This document shows, one piece after another, positions 24,973 to 38,179 of a stretch of 64,000 nucleotides of DNA (position 1 is its first letter; every line of letters starts with the position of its first letter). The stretch spans positions 8,370,001 to 8,434,000 of the forward strand of contig NC_043013.1 in the NCBI RefSeq assembly GCF_006345805.1, in the 5' to 3' direction. A program made the translations under genes and the position numbers. The DNA comes from Octopus sinensis (Eukaryota). The notes beneath the pieces are model-generated. The model was not told the origin of the DNA and did no database searches. It saw only the letters and a program-made list of their open reading frames with translations.

Positions 24973-27915
24973 TCACCACCTCGTCCCAGGTTTTCCTGGG
25001 TCTGCCTCCTCTCCACAGTTTCCCTCAACCGCTAGGGTGTGGCACTTTTTCACACAACTATCTTCATCCATTCTCGCCACATGACCATACCAGCGCAAAC
25101 GTCTCTCTTGCACACCACAACTGATGCTTCTTAGGTCCAGCTTTTCTCTCAAGGTACTTACACTCTGCCGATGTGAGAGTACCGGCATTACACATCCATC
25201 GGAGCATACTGGCTTCATTTCTAGCGAGCTTACGCATATCCTCACAGCAGTCACGGCCCATGTTTCACTGCCATGTAGCATGGCTGTTCGTACACACGCA
25301 TCATACAGTCTGCCTTTCACACTCTGTGCGAGAGGCCTTTTGTCACCAGCAGAGGTAAGAGCTCTCTGAACTTTGCCCAAGCTATTCTTACTCTAGCAGT
25401 TACACTTTCAGCACACCCCCGCCCCGCGCTGCTGACTTGGTCACCTAGGTAACGGAAACTATCAACTATTTCTAGTTTTTCTCCCTGGAAAGTGACGGAA
25501 GTTGGTCTCAGAGCATTTTCAGTGTTTATTGTTCCTGAGCATCTGCCACATACAAAAACCATCTTCCTAGTTAGCCTTCCTTTGACATTGCTGCATCTCT
25601 TATGTGTCCATAGCTTACACTTGGTGCATCTTATAGAGTTTCTACCTACACCTTTTCTACAGATCGAGCAGGGCCATCTACCTGAAGGTGTTTGTGATTT
25701 GTCTACCTTCCTACTGATTACGACTTTGGTTTTAGCTAGATTGACTCTGAGGCCCTTCGATTCTAATCCTTGTTTCCACACCTGAAACTTCTCCTCCAGT
25801 TCTGATAGCGACTCAGCAATTAGAGCAAGGTCATCAGCATAGAGGAGCTCCCAAGGGCATCCTGTCTTGAATTCCTCCGTTATTGCCTGGAGGACTATGA
25901 TAAATAGGAGGGGGCTGAGTACTGAGCCTTGGTGGACTCCTACCTCTACCCGGAATTCTTCACTGTACACATTTCCAACCCTCACCCTACTAGCGGCGTC
26001 CCTGTACATGGCCCGCACAGCTCTCACTAACCATTCATCTATCCTAGTTTCCTCATTGCCCACCAGATAAGGGATCGGGGGACCCTGTCGAAGGCTTTCT
26101 CCATGTCAACAAAAGCCAGGTACAGGGGCTTATCTTTGGCTAGGTATTTCTCCTGCAGCTGCCTTACCAGGAATATAGCATCAGTAGTACTTTTCCCTGG
26201 CACAAACCCAAACTGCATCTCATCTAAACTAACTCTCTCTCTAATTAGTTGGGCTATGACCCTCTCCGTAACCTTCATCACCTGGTCCAACAGCTTGATA
26301 CCTCTGTAGTTATTTGTATCTAGGGCATCACCTTTACCTTTGTAGCAGTTGACTATTATACTGCTACACCAGTCATTGGTATGACCCCTTTGTGTATCAC
26401 CTGATTAACTATACGGGTGACTAGGCTATAGCCGACACTACCAGACATTTTGAGCATCTCTGCAGTGATTCCTGATGGGCCTGGGGCTTTTCCTGTCTTC
26501 ATGCTTCTAATTGCCTTAGCTACCACGGAACTATCAACTCGGATAGCTGGTCCCTCTGTTGGGTCAACATTCGGCAGACTCTCTTTATCCCATTCATTTT
26601 CTTCATTCAGCAACCTTTCATAGTGGCATCTCCAAACCTCTCTCTTTGCATCCTCATTTAGCGCAAGTGAACCATCTTCCATGCGAACACACTTCTCTCC
26701 TACCACATCACGATTCTCTCTCACACACTGTCTTGCAACACGAAACACCTCCAGTCTTTGGTCCTCACGGCGCAGAACATTGGCAAATTTTTTCTTATCT
26801 GCTTCCCCTCTGGCTAAATAAACCTGTCTCCTAGCTTCTCTTTTGGCAGTCTGATACAATCCCCTGCTACCCCCATTTTTCCAGACCTTCCAAGCCTGTC
26901 TCTTTTCTCTAATAGCCCTGTCTACATATTTTCTACCACCACGTTATTCTAGGTCGAGAGGGGACTTTGCACCAGCCACAGATCTAGTCAGTGGCTCTCA
27001 GCAGGTTGTCCCTTAGAAACGTCCAGCTGTCTTCTACCCCCTGTGATGCTCTATCCCCTTCTACTTCGTCAGAGGCTTCAAGTAATATGTCCCTAAATCT
27101 CTGTCCATTTGCAGGATCTTTAAGCTTCCAGATCCTTCTTCTCCATATTTGTCGTCTTCTGGTTGTCCTCCTAGTCCTGATCCTAAAGTCACTAACTACC
27201 AGTCTATGTTGTGGGGTACATTCTTCACCTGGGAAGGTTTTGGCATTTATAAGCAGCCATCTCTCCCTTTGCCTTGTAAGGATGTAGTCAATTTGGCTGG
27301 TATGTTGGCCCGATTGGTAAGTGACTAGGTGGCTGGTAGGTTTCCTGAAGTTAGTGTTGCAAATCATAAGATTATTTGCATCGCAGAACTCCAGCAGCCT
27401 GGTTCCCTCCTCGTTGCGGGAGCCATAGCCATAGCCTCCATGTACGCCATGGAAGCCCCCAGCATGTCGTCCAACGTGACCATTGAAGTCACCAGCCACA
27501 AAGATAAGGTCTCTGTCGTTCGTCAACGAGGTAGTCTGCAGTAGAGTGTCATAGAATCGGTCTTTCTGTCCATCGGGTAGCCCCGACTGAGGAGCATAGG
27601 CTGATATAATGGTTGCTAAACTGTGATGAAGCACTAATCTAATCTTAAGTATTCTGTCACATACTCTGATTACCTCAATTACTTTATCTACCGATTTCTC
27701 AGCGATAAGTATACCTACGCCACCAACCCCGTCAGTGTTCCCTGCCCAGAAAATCTTGTACCTGCGTTCCTTGCCTGTGAGGAACCTAGCTGATCCTCCT
27801 CTCCACCTTATTTCTTGCATGCAACATATATCCACACATCTCCGTTCAAGCATCTCGACTATCTCACCAGACCTACCTTTCAGAGTGCCAACGTTGAGGG
27901 TGCCAACCCTGAGGG
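24973..27915 (-). pseudogene. RTE ORF (APE endonuclease, RT, PHD-like finger) broken by frameshifts
   Basis: VGTLNVGTL, DICCMQEIRW, AGDFNGHVG, QIDYIL, FVDMEKAFDRV, GVHQGSVLSPLLF, YADD, RRLRWYGHVARM. Confidence 0.92.
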
Positions 27916-28246
27916 TGTGGAGGCATGGGCTCTAGAGACCCTGGGACGGTGGACAGTAGCTTCGTGTACCTGAAAAGAAAGCTCGCATTTGGCAGAATTC
28001 ATGTGCAAGAAATGAAGTAGTAAGTAGCCTTCAGTACAACCTGCATAACGCTAGCCTTTCATATTTTGCACTGTATGAACATTACCTTACATAGGTCGAG
28101 ACTAGGGGTAGGGAGGGGTAGGGATGGTGAGAATATTTGCAGTCTTCATGGGAAGCAACCCCGGAATGGCAGAGAATAGGAACTTCCGGCATGCGTGGTG
28201 GAGGTGGGAGGGCGGGTGCACCGTGTTGGGGGTGGGAGGGCGGGTG

Positions 28247-29093
28247 CACCGTGTCTGAGTAAAGAGGTTCTGTTAATCGTATGATCTAGCAAATGGGTTT
28301 GTATGAATCGGGAGACAACACTAAACGAAAAATTGAAAAATCAGAGTGGCTATGAACCTGTAGACAAGTCTAAACGAAAAAAAATGTTTGAGCTAGACAG
28401 GGTAATGAGGGAATACTGAAAGAATGAGGGACAATACAATGAGATGGAAATTGAAGAATAGAGAAAGAATAAGAATAAGTGCAAGAAAGAAGGTAGTCGT
28501 AGCGAGGTTGGACGATTCACTTAACTTTTAGCCATTCATGATCTGTGCGTATTCTTTAGATATTTTGAAGCGAGTGGGGTTAACGATAAATGCGATCGCT
28601 CTTTTATATATGGCGATGATGGTTTTGGGAAGGGGGGGGCGGGCATAGAGAACCATGGCGATGATGGTTATGGGAAGGGGGGACATAGAGAGAGAGAGAT
28701 AGGGTTAGTTAGAGAGAGAGGTCAAGGGACACGTGACAATAAGCGGTGTGAGGGAATTTGACTGGGGACAGCATTGTCGATAAATAAACATTAGATAAAT
28801 AGGTTTGAAAATCAGAAAAATCAGAGGGAATATCATTATTGATAGCTAATATAACACCGTGTCTGAGTAAAGAGGTTCTGTTAATCGTATGAGCTAGCAA
28901 ATGGGTTTGTATGAATCGGGAGACAACAAAACGAAAAATTGAAAAATCAGAGTGGCTATGAACCTGTAGACAAGTCTAAACGAAAAAAATGTTTGAGCTA
29001 GACGGGTAATGAGGGAATACTGAAAGAATGAGGGACAATACAATGAGATGGAAATTGAAGAATAGAGAAAGAATAAGAATAAGTGCAAGAAAG

Positions 29094-29095
<2 letters not shown>
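28247..29095. repeat. ~245-bp direct repeat pair upstream of the RTE ORF
   Basis: 28247-28491 and 28855-29095 are near-identical, differing by small indels. Confidence 0.9.
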
Positions 29096-29137
<42 letters not shown>

Positions 29138-29743
29138 ATAATTATTATGAGGGAATAAAATCCAAACTTACAAGGAAAAAAATTCAATTTAGAAATATAT
29201 ATATTTATATAATATATAAACACACACATATATATCACTACACTTAGAACGGAAAGTTTAATATTAATAAGCACCAACATTCAACACATGCTAGCATAGA
29301 AAAACATTGTAATCTGAAGAGACTGATGAGCAAAGAAAGAAAGGTGAGGGGGGGGGGGGCAAAGAACAAAAAAAGAAGAAAAATGTAGAAGTTAATAAAC
29401 AAAATATAATATTAAAAATGTAAGAACCGGGTTCTCCAAGATGGCACTTAAGTTTATTCTCTCCAATTTACCTTTTACTCCAAAATTCTAAACTTATAGA
29501 TTAGAACACACACACACACACATGTGTATGTTCTAATCTATATATATATATATGGATTAGAACCTATACGTAACATATACATGTATGTATGTATGTATGT
29601 ATGTATGTATGTATGTATGTATATTCGTATGAATATATGTATGTGTGTGTGTTTGTGTATATTTTTATTTTTTAATTTTTTTATTTTATCCAGTTTCAGC
29701 TCACGAGCTGTGGCCATGCTGGGGCACCATATATTAACATATA

Positions 29744-29783
<40 letters not shown>

Positions 29784-30099
29784 ATACTTATATATATATA
29801 TATAAATATATGTATGTGTGTGTGTATGCATGTGTGCTTGTCGTGTGTGTGTGTGTGTGTGTGTGTGAAGACAAAACTGAGAGCATCAGACAAAACTTTC
29901 ATAGTGAGAAAGATCTTATATTTTGATTCCTACTTAAAAAACAAGTTTGTTTATCTTAGTTGTATTTATAAGGTTATTTTCCTTTTACACACTCACACAT
30001 ACGCACCTACACTCCCCACTGCCACACACACACTCATACACCCACACATATATACATATATACATATAATCACATACATATCTTTACATGTGTGCAAAC

Positions 30100-30131
<32 letters not shown>

Positions 30132-30524
30132 CACATACAGACTTATGCACTCATACACTTATAGATGCACACACCACACACATACACACACATTGACATA
30201 TGTCTGTATACACACATGTACTCACATAGCCAAACAAACGCACACACACACACTTGCGTATGCCCACATATACATACACATTCACATGCTCTTTCTCTCT
30301 CTCTCTCTCTGATTTTCTTCCCCCCCCACATACACTGTTACACTCACTCACACGCAAACACCCACACTTCCAAACTCATCTCTGTCTGTCTGTCTCTTAT
30401 ATACACACGCACACACACAAATATACATACGCGCACACACACACCACACACACACACACACACAAAGATAATTTCCAAGCTAATGAGCAATAAAAAGCAA
30501 TCTACTTCCTTATGGCTTGTTGCC

Positions 30525-31125
30525 ACTGCCATCACCCCCATCACCCCATCACCCCCATCCCCCCCCCCCCATCACCCCATCACCCCATCTCCCCATCAAC
30601 CCTCCCACCCTCCAACCCCCCCATCACCCCATCACCCACCACCATCATCAACACCACCACCAACAATAACAACAAGAACATCATCACCACCAACATCATC
30701 ACCACCAACATCACCACCACACACCTCTGACATCACCACCACCACCACCACCACCAACACCACCATCACCAAAAACATCATCACTACCACTATCACCACC
30801 ATCACCACCACCACCACCACCAACACCACCATCACCAAAAACATCATCACTACCACTATCACCACCATCACCACCACCACCATCACCACCACCACCACCA
30901 CCACCACCACCACCACCATCACCAAAAACGTCATCACTACCACTATCACCACCATCACCACCACCACCACCACCACCAACACCACCATCACCAAAAACGT
31001 CATCACTACCACTATCACCACCACCACCACCACCCATATATACCCACTGCACACCACCAACACCCCCATCAGCATCATCACTACCACCATCACCAAAAAC
31101 ATCATCACTACCATCACCCCCCCCC
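30525..31125. repeat. (CAC/CAT)n compound microsatellite with a higher-order ~60-bp unit
   Basis: Recurrent atcaccaaaaac(a/g)tcatcactaccactatcacc. Confidence 0.85.
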
Positions 31126-31284
31126 CTTACCAATGCCACTACCGTATTTCCTCTCTAGATTCTAACCTGGCCTACACTGTTTATAGTTTTGAATATCAAA
31201 TATACCAAGTGTAGGATTGCCTGCTGTTGATTCAAGCTGTACAGCATCTATTCTTCTGCTTATTACCGGCTGTCAAGTGTAAAA

Positions 31285-31600
31285 CTCTTGCAAGAAATCG
31301 TGGTGATTCACCAGACATTTTATTTTTGCATCAAAGAGGAACCAGGTTCAATTCTTGCAATGTATGGTAATAAATCACCAGGTTTTTTTTTTAGGTTTTT
31401 TTTTTACATCAAAGAGAAATCAGGTTTCAATTCTTGCAAGTTCTTGTAAGGAATGATGGTGAATCACCAGTCATTTTATTTTTACCAAAGAGGAACCAGG
31501 TTCAATTCTTGCCAGTTCTTGCAAGAAATGATGGTGAATCACCATTGTTTTTTTGTGGGGTGGGGGTGGGGGGGCATCAAAAAGCAACCAAGTTCAATTT
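31285..31600. repeat. Diverged ~70-80 bp tandem repeat, about 4 copies
   Basis: Recurrent caagaaatgatggtgaatcacca...aaagaggaaccaggttcaattctt. Confidence 0.7.
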
Positions 31601-31737
31601 TTGGTTCATTAAACAAGATGTTTAATTTTAATTTATATTAAATTTTACTCATTCCAGTTGGGATAGTTCACATACAAAAACAAACAAACAAATGGAAAAC
31701 ATGTAAATATATTTCATTTTGTACTTGGTTTGCAAGC

Positions 31738-31968
31738 TTCTTCATGTGAATTTGTGTATTGAAACAAATTTCATTGTATCTTGGGAGAGTTAAAGATTCT
31801 CGATGTGAATTTGTGTATTGAAACAAATCTTGCTGTGTCTTGGGAGAGTCAAAGATTCTTGATGTGAATTTGTGTATTGAAACAAATTTTGCTATGTCTT
31901 AGGAGAGTCAGAGATTCTTGATGTGAATTTGTGTGTTGAAACAAATTTTGCTGTGTCTTGGGAGAGTC
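31738..31968. repeat. 59-bp minisatellite, about 4 copies
   Basis: Unit gattcttgatgtgaatttgtgtattgaaacaaattttgctgtgtcttgggagagtcaaa. Confidence 0.9.
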
Positions 31969-33069
31969 ACTTTCACCCTTACCACCTCTTCCAAAGGAAT
32001 CTATAAACACACATGCAGACATCCATACATACAAACATAAGGCCAATATGCAGACAGACGAAAACAGATCCTGGAGCAAGTTAGGGAGTCACAGGTCATT
32101 GAAAAGGTTGCGAACAGCAATGAAAGAACTTTGAGGGATAAACAAACAACCAAGTGATTGTTTAATCAACATGTTAAACAACTGATCAATTAGTTAGTTG
32201 GCTAGATATTTAAGCAATTAACTAACAATAAAGAAGTGGAATTGATCCTGTGTGAGTGTTATTATTGGTATAATGACCTTCCCAAGACACAACAAAAAAA
32301 AAATGTAAATATAAGAGTACCAAAATGAATGATTAAAGAAAGAAAGAAAGAAAGGAAGAAAGAAAGGAAGGAAGGAAGAGTGAATGAAGAAGCAAGCTTT
32401 TGGTGTTATGAAAGCATCTGACTGAATCAATAATTTATAAAGTGGAAGTTACTAGACAGTTGAGCTATGGAATTGGTGTAATATGGAATGGATTGGAATG
32501 GAATATATTCCAACCAAACAATGGAATAATGTTTTCTCTTTCCCAGCATTAAAGATGCTGGTTTGAAAGTACATTTTTCTCTCTCTCTCTCTCTCTCCCT
32601 CCATCCCTCTCTCTATCTGTCTATCTATCTATCTATCTATCTATCTATTGATCAATCCGTCTATCTTTCTATCTATCTCCCTTTTAGGATACAACAACCT
32701 CCACTTTCTCTCCCTGAAAGCACCTCTGACAGCATGCATCTTTTTCTCTCCCTCCCCCTCTCCCCTCTCCCTCCCTTCCCTCCCTCCCCTCTCTCCCCCT
32801 CCTATCTATCTCTCTGTTCTCCAGTATACATTATTGTGTCACTTCTACAATGCATTTCTCTCTCTCTCTCTCTCCCTCTCTCTCTCTCTCCCTCTCTCTC
32901 TCTCTCTCTCCTAGTGTGCATCTTTTTCTCCTAAATATGCATTGCTCTATCTCTCACTTTCTCTCTTTCTCCAAGTAAGTCCCTCACCCTTTCTACCTCC
33001 CAGTATGCATATAGCTCTCTCTCTATCTCTCTTTCACTCACACACCCACACACACACGCACACGCACAT

Positions 33070-33108
<39 letters not shown>

Positions 33109-34235
33109 ACACACACACACACCTTTTTGTTTGCAGAATCACAAACAGATATTAAACTACACTTAACGAACAAATACACACACACCAAGGCATGCATATA
33201 CACACACACACACATTTATATACAGTCATATGAATAATCATACATACACACATATGACCCCTAAGTCAGAAAACATGGCCTATATTAGTATATTTAGAAA
33301 GAGAACATAATGAATAAATATTTTTGCTGAAGGGTCCCATTCAGAATTTGCTGAGCAAACCTGTAATCAAATGCATTCCTGCCATGACCATCTTGTTTGT
33401 TCCTTTGAGCATTACATATCTAGGAATACATCATTCAGTGTAAGCTACCTTTCCAAGATTCTATGGTGTCTAATCTGAGGGAAGTGTTGCTGTTATTTCC
33501 AGCAGATTGTTTGACAATGTTGAAATTGCCTCATTTGTTCAGGCCAAGACCATCTCATTCCGTTTGAGCATTGCTTATCTTGGAATACATCATCCAATGT
33601 ATGCTTCCTTTTTCATGATGCTACAGTATGTAATTTGGGGTAGGTGTTGCTGCTATTTCTAGCAGATTGATTGACCATGTAGAAACCCACTCGTGTTCTG
33701 GCCAAAACTGTTCTGTTCTTTTGAGTCAATGTATGCTTCCTTTTTCATGATGTTACAGATAGAAATAAGGTGTTGCTGCTATTTCTGGTGGATTGGTTGA
33801 CCATGTAGAAGCTCCCTTATTTTCTTGCTAGTAATAAATATGTATATATTCCATGAATTGGCACCATAAGCCTAATTGGTCGTCTGACATTACATGATCA
33901 ATGCTATCTTTCGTGGCTGCCTTAATTGGATACACACATAATCAGTAACTTCCACAAGCTGTCGTCAGTCATGTCTGGCCACCAGAATGGCTACATGGTG
34001 AAGAGGTTTGCTTCACGACCATGACCACGTGAGAGTCCAGATTTGGCTGCACGTCATGGCATTTTTTTCTGTGAGAGTTTTCTTTCGTAGCCTCGGATTG
34101 GCTAATATCTAACAAGAGCAATGTGGTAGACAGAAAAAAAGAAATCTTTTGGCAATTGACTATCATCATTATCACCATCATCATCATCATAATCATCATC
34201 ATAATCATCATCACCATCATCATCATCATCATCAT

Positions 34236-34284
<49 letters not shown>

Positions 34285-34652
34285 GTCATTGTCCTTATCA
34301 TTTAACATCAGTTCCATGTATGGTTCAACAAGATCCCATGAGCCAAAGGACTGTATCAAGCCCTGATGTCTGCTTGGTCTGCTCTAGTATCTCTTTCGAC
34401 ATAGTTGTTTGGGTGGTAGTTCTTCCTAATACCAACCACTTAACAAAGTGCACTGGCTGCTTTGTGTTCTTTTATTTATTTATTTTTTTTTTTTTGGCAC
34501 CAGCTTCAGTAAGGTCACCAGATAATCCACTAGATAATCCTTGATCGAGGCGGGGTGCCGTACTGAGGGAGGTGGTTTTGTGCCGAGTGTGGCGAGAGGT
34601 TAAAGAAAATGAGATGACAAAAAAACAAACAAGTATGTTACGAAGTTCCATT

Positions 34653-34733
34653 GGCTTATAGCTGTTTCTGCTATAAGATGCAGTGGGCTCATAGTTGAGT
34701 ACCTGTGTAACACTTCGTAGCTTCATCAGAGCC
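34653..34733 (-). ncRNA. Type I hammerhead motif with canonical core
   Basis: GGCU-CUGAUGA-A-GCUA...UAGC-A-GAAA-CAGCUA-UA-AGCC, inside short inverted arms 34595-34623 and 34778-34808. Confidence 0.65.
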
Positions 34734-35330
34734 TATTTTGGCACTCAACTATAATATCATGAGATAATCATTTATTCCTTTGTCATCTCATTCTCTTATT
34801 AACCCTCTTTGCTCTACTAACACTTCATTCTGAAACATGTATATTGAGTTCTACACTAAGTTATCGTTAGTCTTGCAATACCTAAGCAAAATATTCTTTG
34901 TAAGCCTAGTACTTACTCTATTGGTCATTCATGACCAAATGGTGTCTTTTTTCTTTTTTCTTTTTGCTGTTGTTATGGTGATAAGCTGGCAGAATCTTTA
35001 GCCAGTTGGATCAAAAAGCTTTGCAGTATTTCTTCTAGCTTTATGTTCTGAGTTCAAATTCAGCTGAGGTCAATTTATCTTTCATCCTTTTTTTTTTTTG
35101 TGGTCAATAAAATAAGTACTGATTGAATACTGGAGTCAGTATAATTGACTTGCCCCCTCCCTCAAATTTCAGGGCTTGTGCCTATATTAAGAAAAAATTA
35201 TTATTATTGTTATTGCTATTGTTGTTGTTGTTGTTATGGTCATCTTATGGTCAACTAAACCCCAGCCACCCCTAAAAGCACTGGAAAGTTCTGGCCTTGT
35301 TCTAAGAATTAGAAAGAATTATTATTATTG

Positions 35331-35386
<56 letters not shown>

Positions 35387-35387
35387 T

Positions 35388-35610
35388 AAGGTGATGAGCT
35401 GGCAGAATCGTTAGCATGCCGGGCGAAATGCTTAGCGGTATTTCGTCTGCCATCACGTTCTGAGTTCAAATTCTGCTGAGGTCGACTTAGCCTTTCATTC
35501 GGGGTCGATTTAATAAGTACCAGTTATGCACTGGGGTCAATGTAATCGACTTAATCCCTTTGTCTGTCCTTGATTGTCCCATCTATGTTTAGCCCCCTAT
35601 GGGCAACAAA
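35388..35610 (+). mobile_element. SINE family B (gagctggcagaatcgttagc...ctgagttcaaatt), associated with (ATT)n
   Basis: A/B-box-like motifs. Copies also at ~9160, 51785, 52017 and 63803. Confidence 0.8.
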
Positions 35611-35766
35611 GAATATATATATATATATTATTATTATTATTATTTTTATCATTATTATCATTATTATCATTATTATTATTATTATTGTCATCATTATAAT
35701 TATCATTATTTCATATATGCGCAACAGATTAGCCTGTTGAAAAATAATAGCAAATTATTATTATTA

Positions 35767-35819
<53 letters not shown>

Positions 35820-36277
35820 TTGTTCATTACATTTCAGTTATAATGATTATTCATTTTGGTGAAGTTATTAAAATTTCAAAGTCCTATGAAAAATGTCTAT
35901 TGGTTTGTAGTGGCAGCAGTGGTGGCGCTACTGGTGCTGGTGGCCAGGCACTAAGTGAAAGTAAACTGTATATCATGATGCAGCCATGATAGTTAAAGAT
36001 GTGTACTTTAACGTTTCTGTTTTTGAAAGTTCATCATGTGCTTTTCCACAGTAGTTCTTTGAATTTCAATGAGGAAAGCTTATTTATTTGATTCAAATTG
36101 GTTACAGACTTTGTGTGTGTGTGTGATGGTTGAAGATAGAGATTAAGAGGTAAAGAATAGAAAAAAAGAGAAAGATTATATAGACATGCGTTCACAGGTG
36201 TGTTTAGACATAAATGTACATTCGTATATGCATTCGCACATATTAAAACTCACATAAACATGTATGTGTATGTAAAT

Positions 36278-36356
<79 letters not shown>

Positions 36357-36551
36357 TATATACACACACACACACATGTGTGCACACAATTACATCGAAC
36401 TATACATTGTATCATTGCATGGAAAAATATACGTGTATCCACAACACATGCAAACATAACATATAATTAAATGCATTTGCATACTGGAGCCTATTTACGA
36501 ATACTAAAATCCATTTATGCAAATATAAACATATACCTATACATACATATA

Positions 36552-36617
<66 letters not shown>

Positions 36618-36653
36618 TATATATATATAATATTATATATATTATATATATAC

Positions 36654-36709
<56 letters not shown>

Positions 36710-36977
36710 TATATATATATTATATATTATATATATATATATATATATGTATGTTATATGTATGTATATTGTATGTATATATTATATATATATTCACATT
36801 AGCACAAATATACATATATACATGCATGAACATTCATAAGCTCAGACACTCAAATACACATGACCAACATAAGTTTACTGAAACACACATGTATCCATAC
36901 ACATGCAATCTCGTACATACATACAATACATGCATATGTAAAATAATATATATATATATACAGATATATATATATAT

Positions 36978-37017
<40 letters not shown>

Positions 37018-37140
37018 GGGTAGAAATTGATATAAGTCAATTAAAACCAGTGGTCTAGCACATTAAAAAAAAAAAAATAAAAAAAAAAAAATATCTAGCA
37101 TGTTGACTGTCCACCTTTTCGTGTTCAGTCCTTAATTGGT

Positions 37141-37172
<32 letters not shown>

Positions 37173-37586
37173 CAGATATATGTATTTATACATACATATA
37201 TGTATTTATATGTATACATGTATATGTATATCTTTACACATATATTTGCACATATAATTGTGTATATATATTCACATACACACACACAAACACACACACA
37301 CATGCACACTCACATGCTTGTATATAAATACATATAAATACATATGCAGACTTATTGGAGAAGCAATAAGATTATTCCTGTTCATGCAGCAAAATTGAAA
37401 AGTAGATTTACCCCCAAAAAATTTTTTTTAAATAAATAAATAAAATAAAAAGAACGATAAAAAACTATAATAATAATAATAATGTTATTTGCTATAAATG
37501 TATATATTATTTTATTGGATTTAGTTTTACATTATTTATTTATCTTTCATTATAAACATGTATGTGTATGCACATATATACATATC

Positions 37587-37634
<48 letters not shown>

Positions 37635-37639
37635 TATAC

Positions 37640-37689
<50 letters not shown>

Positions 37690-37799
37690 TCTTATATATA
37701 CATATGTTATATATATGTGTGTGTGTATACATAACTTTTAGCATTTTACATTATAATAAAAGCATGATATAACATTGCTGTGAATTCCTATTTTGGAAG

Positions 37800-37862
37800 G
37801 CTGTTCATTATTATGAGGTCATTCAGGATATGTACAACGAACAGCGATGTAGATGCCCCATG
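37800..37862 (+). CDS. DGK: Candidate alternative DGK cassette exon (AVHYYEVIQDMYNEQRCRCPM)
   Basis: Weak acceptor ttttggaag, donor ATG|gtaaag, 63 nt, open in phase 0. Unique sequence among repeats. An alternative acceptor at cattcag (37826) also keeps the frame. Confidence 0.4.
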
Positions 37863-38179
37863 GTAAAGCCAAACACTTTTCTTCTTTTCTACGCTCTTCT
37901 TCTTCTTCATCTTCTCCTTCTTCTTACCACTATTCCATAGAACCACTACTCAAAACTTACCTCTATTTTATCTGCATTCCCTAACAGTGCTTAATTTTTT
38001 TTATAATTTTGTTTTTTTATTTTTATAAAATTCTAATACTTTTGTTTCCTTGGGTTTCCCTTTCTTCTTTTCACTTTTCTTCACTAATTAAACTTAATCG
38101 CTCTTCATTTTCTAGAAATGTTTTGTAAAACTTTCTCAGTGGTGGTTTGACTGTTGCTAGGCAATATTTGTTAGTCAGT

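Larger units (their letters stand above)
24262..29095 (-). mobile_element. Near full-length RTE-clade LINE, antisense to DGK
   Basis: APE, RT (YADD) and C-terminal domains, (GAT)n tail at 24262. The 5' boundary is uncertain (27960-29095) and no TSD was identified. Confidence 0.92.

Noticed and set aside
29313-29342. ctgaagag / ctgatgag...gaaag hammerhead-like words
   Set aside because: No helix I, II or III can be formed.
30165-31214. 349-aa Thr/His/Pro-rich ORF resembling a mucin
   Set aside because: It is a translation of (CA)n and (CAC)n microsatellites, with no splice or domain support.
31738-31968. Regular repeat that could suggest a CRISPR array
   Set aside because: The units are contiguous 59-bp repeats without unique spacers, there are no cas genes, and the context is a eukaryotic intron.
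35911-35960. Possible exon encoding GSSGGATGAGGQALSE
   Set aside because: It is 50 nt long, incompatible with the phase-0 flanking exons, and has a weak donor.
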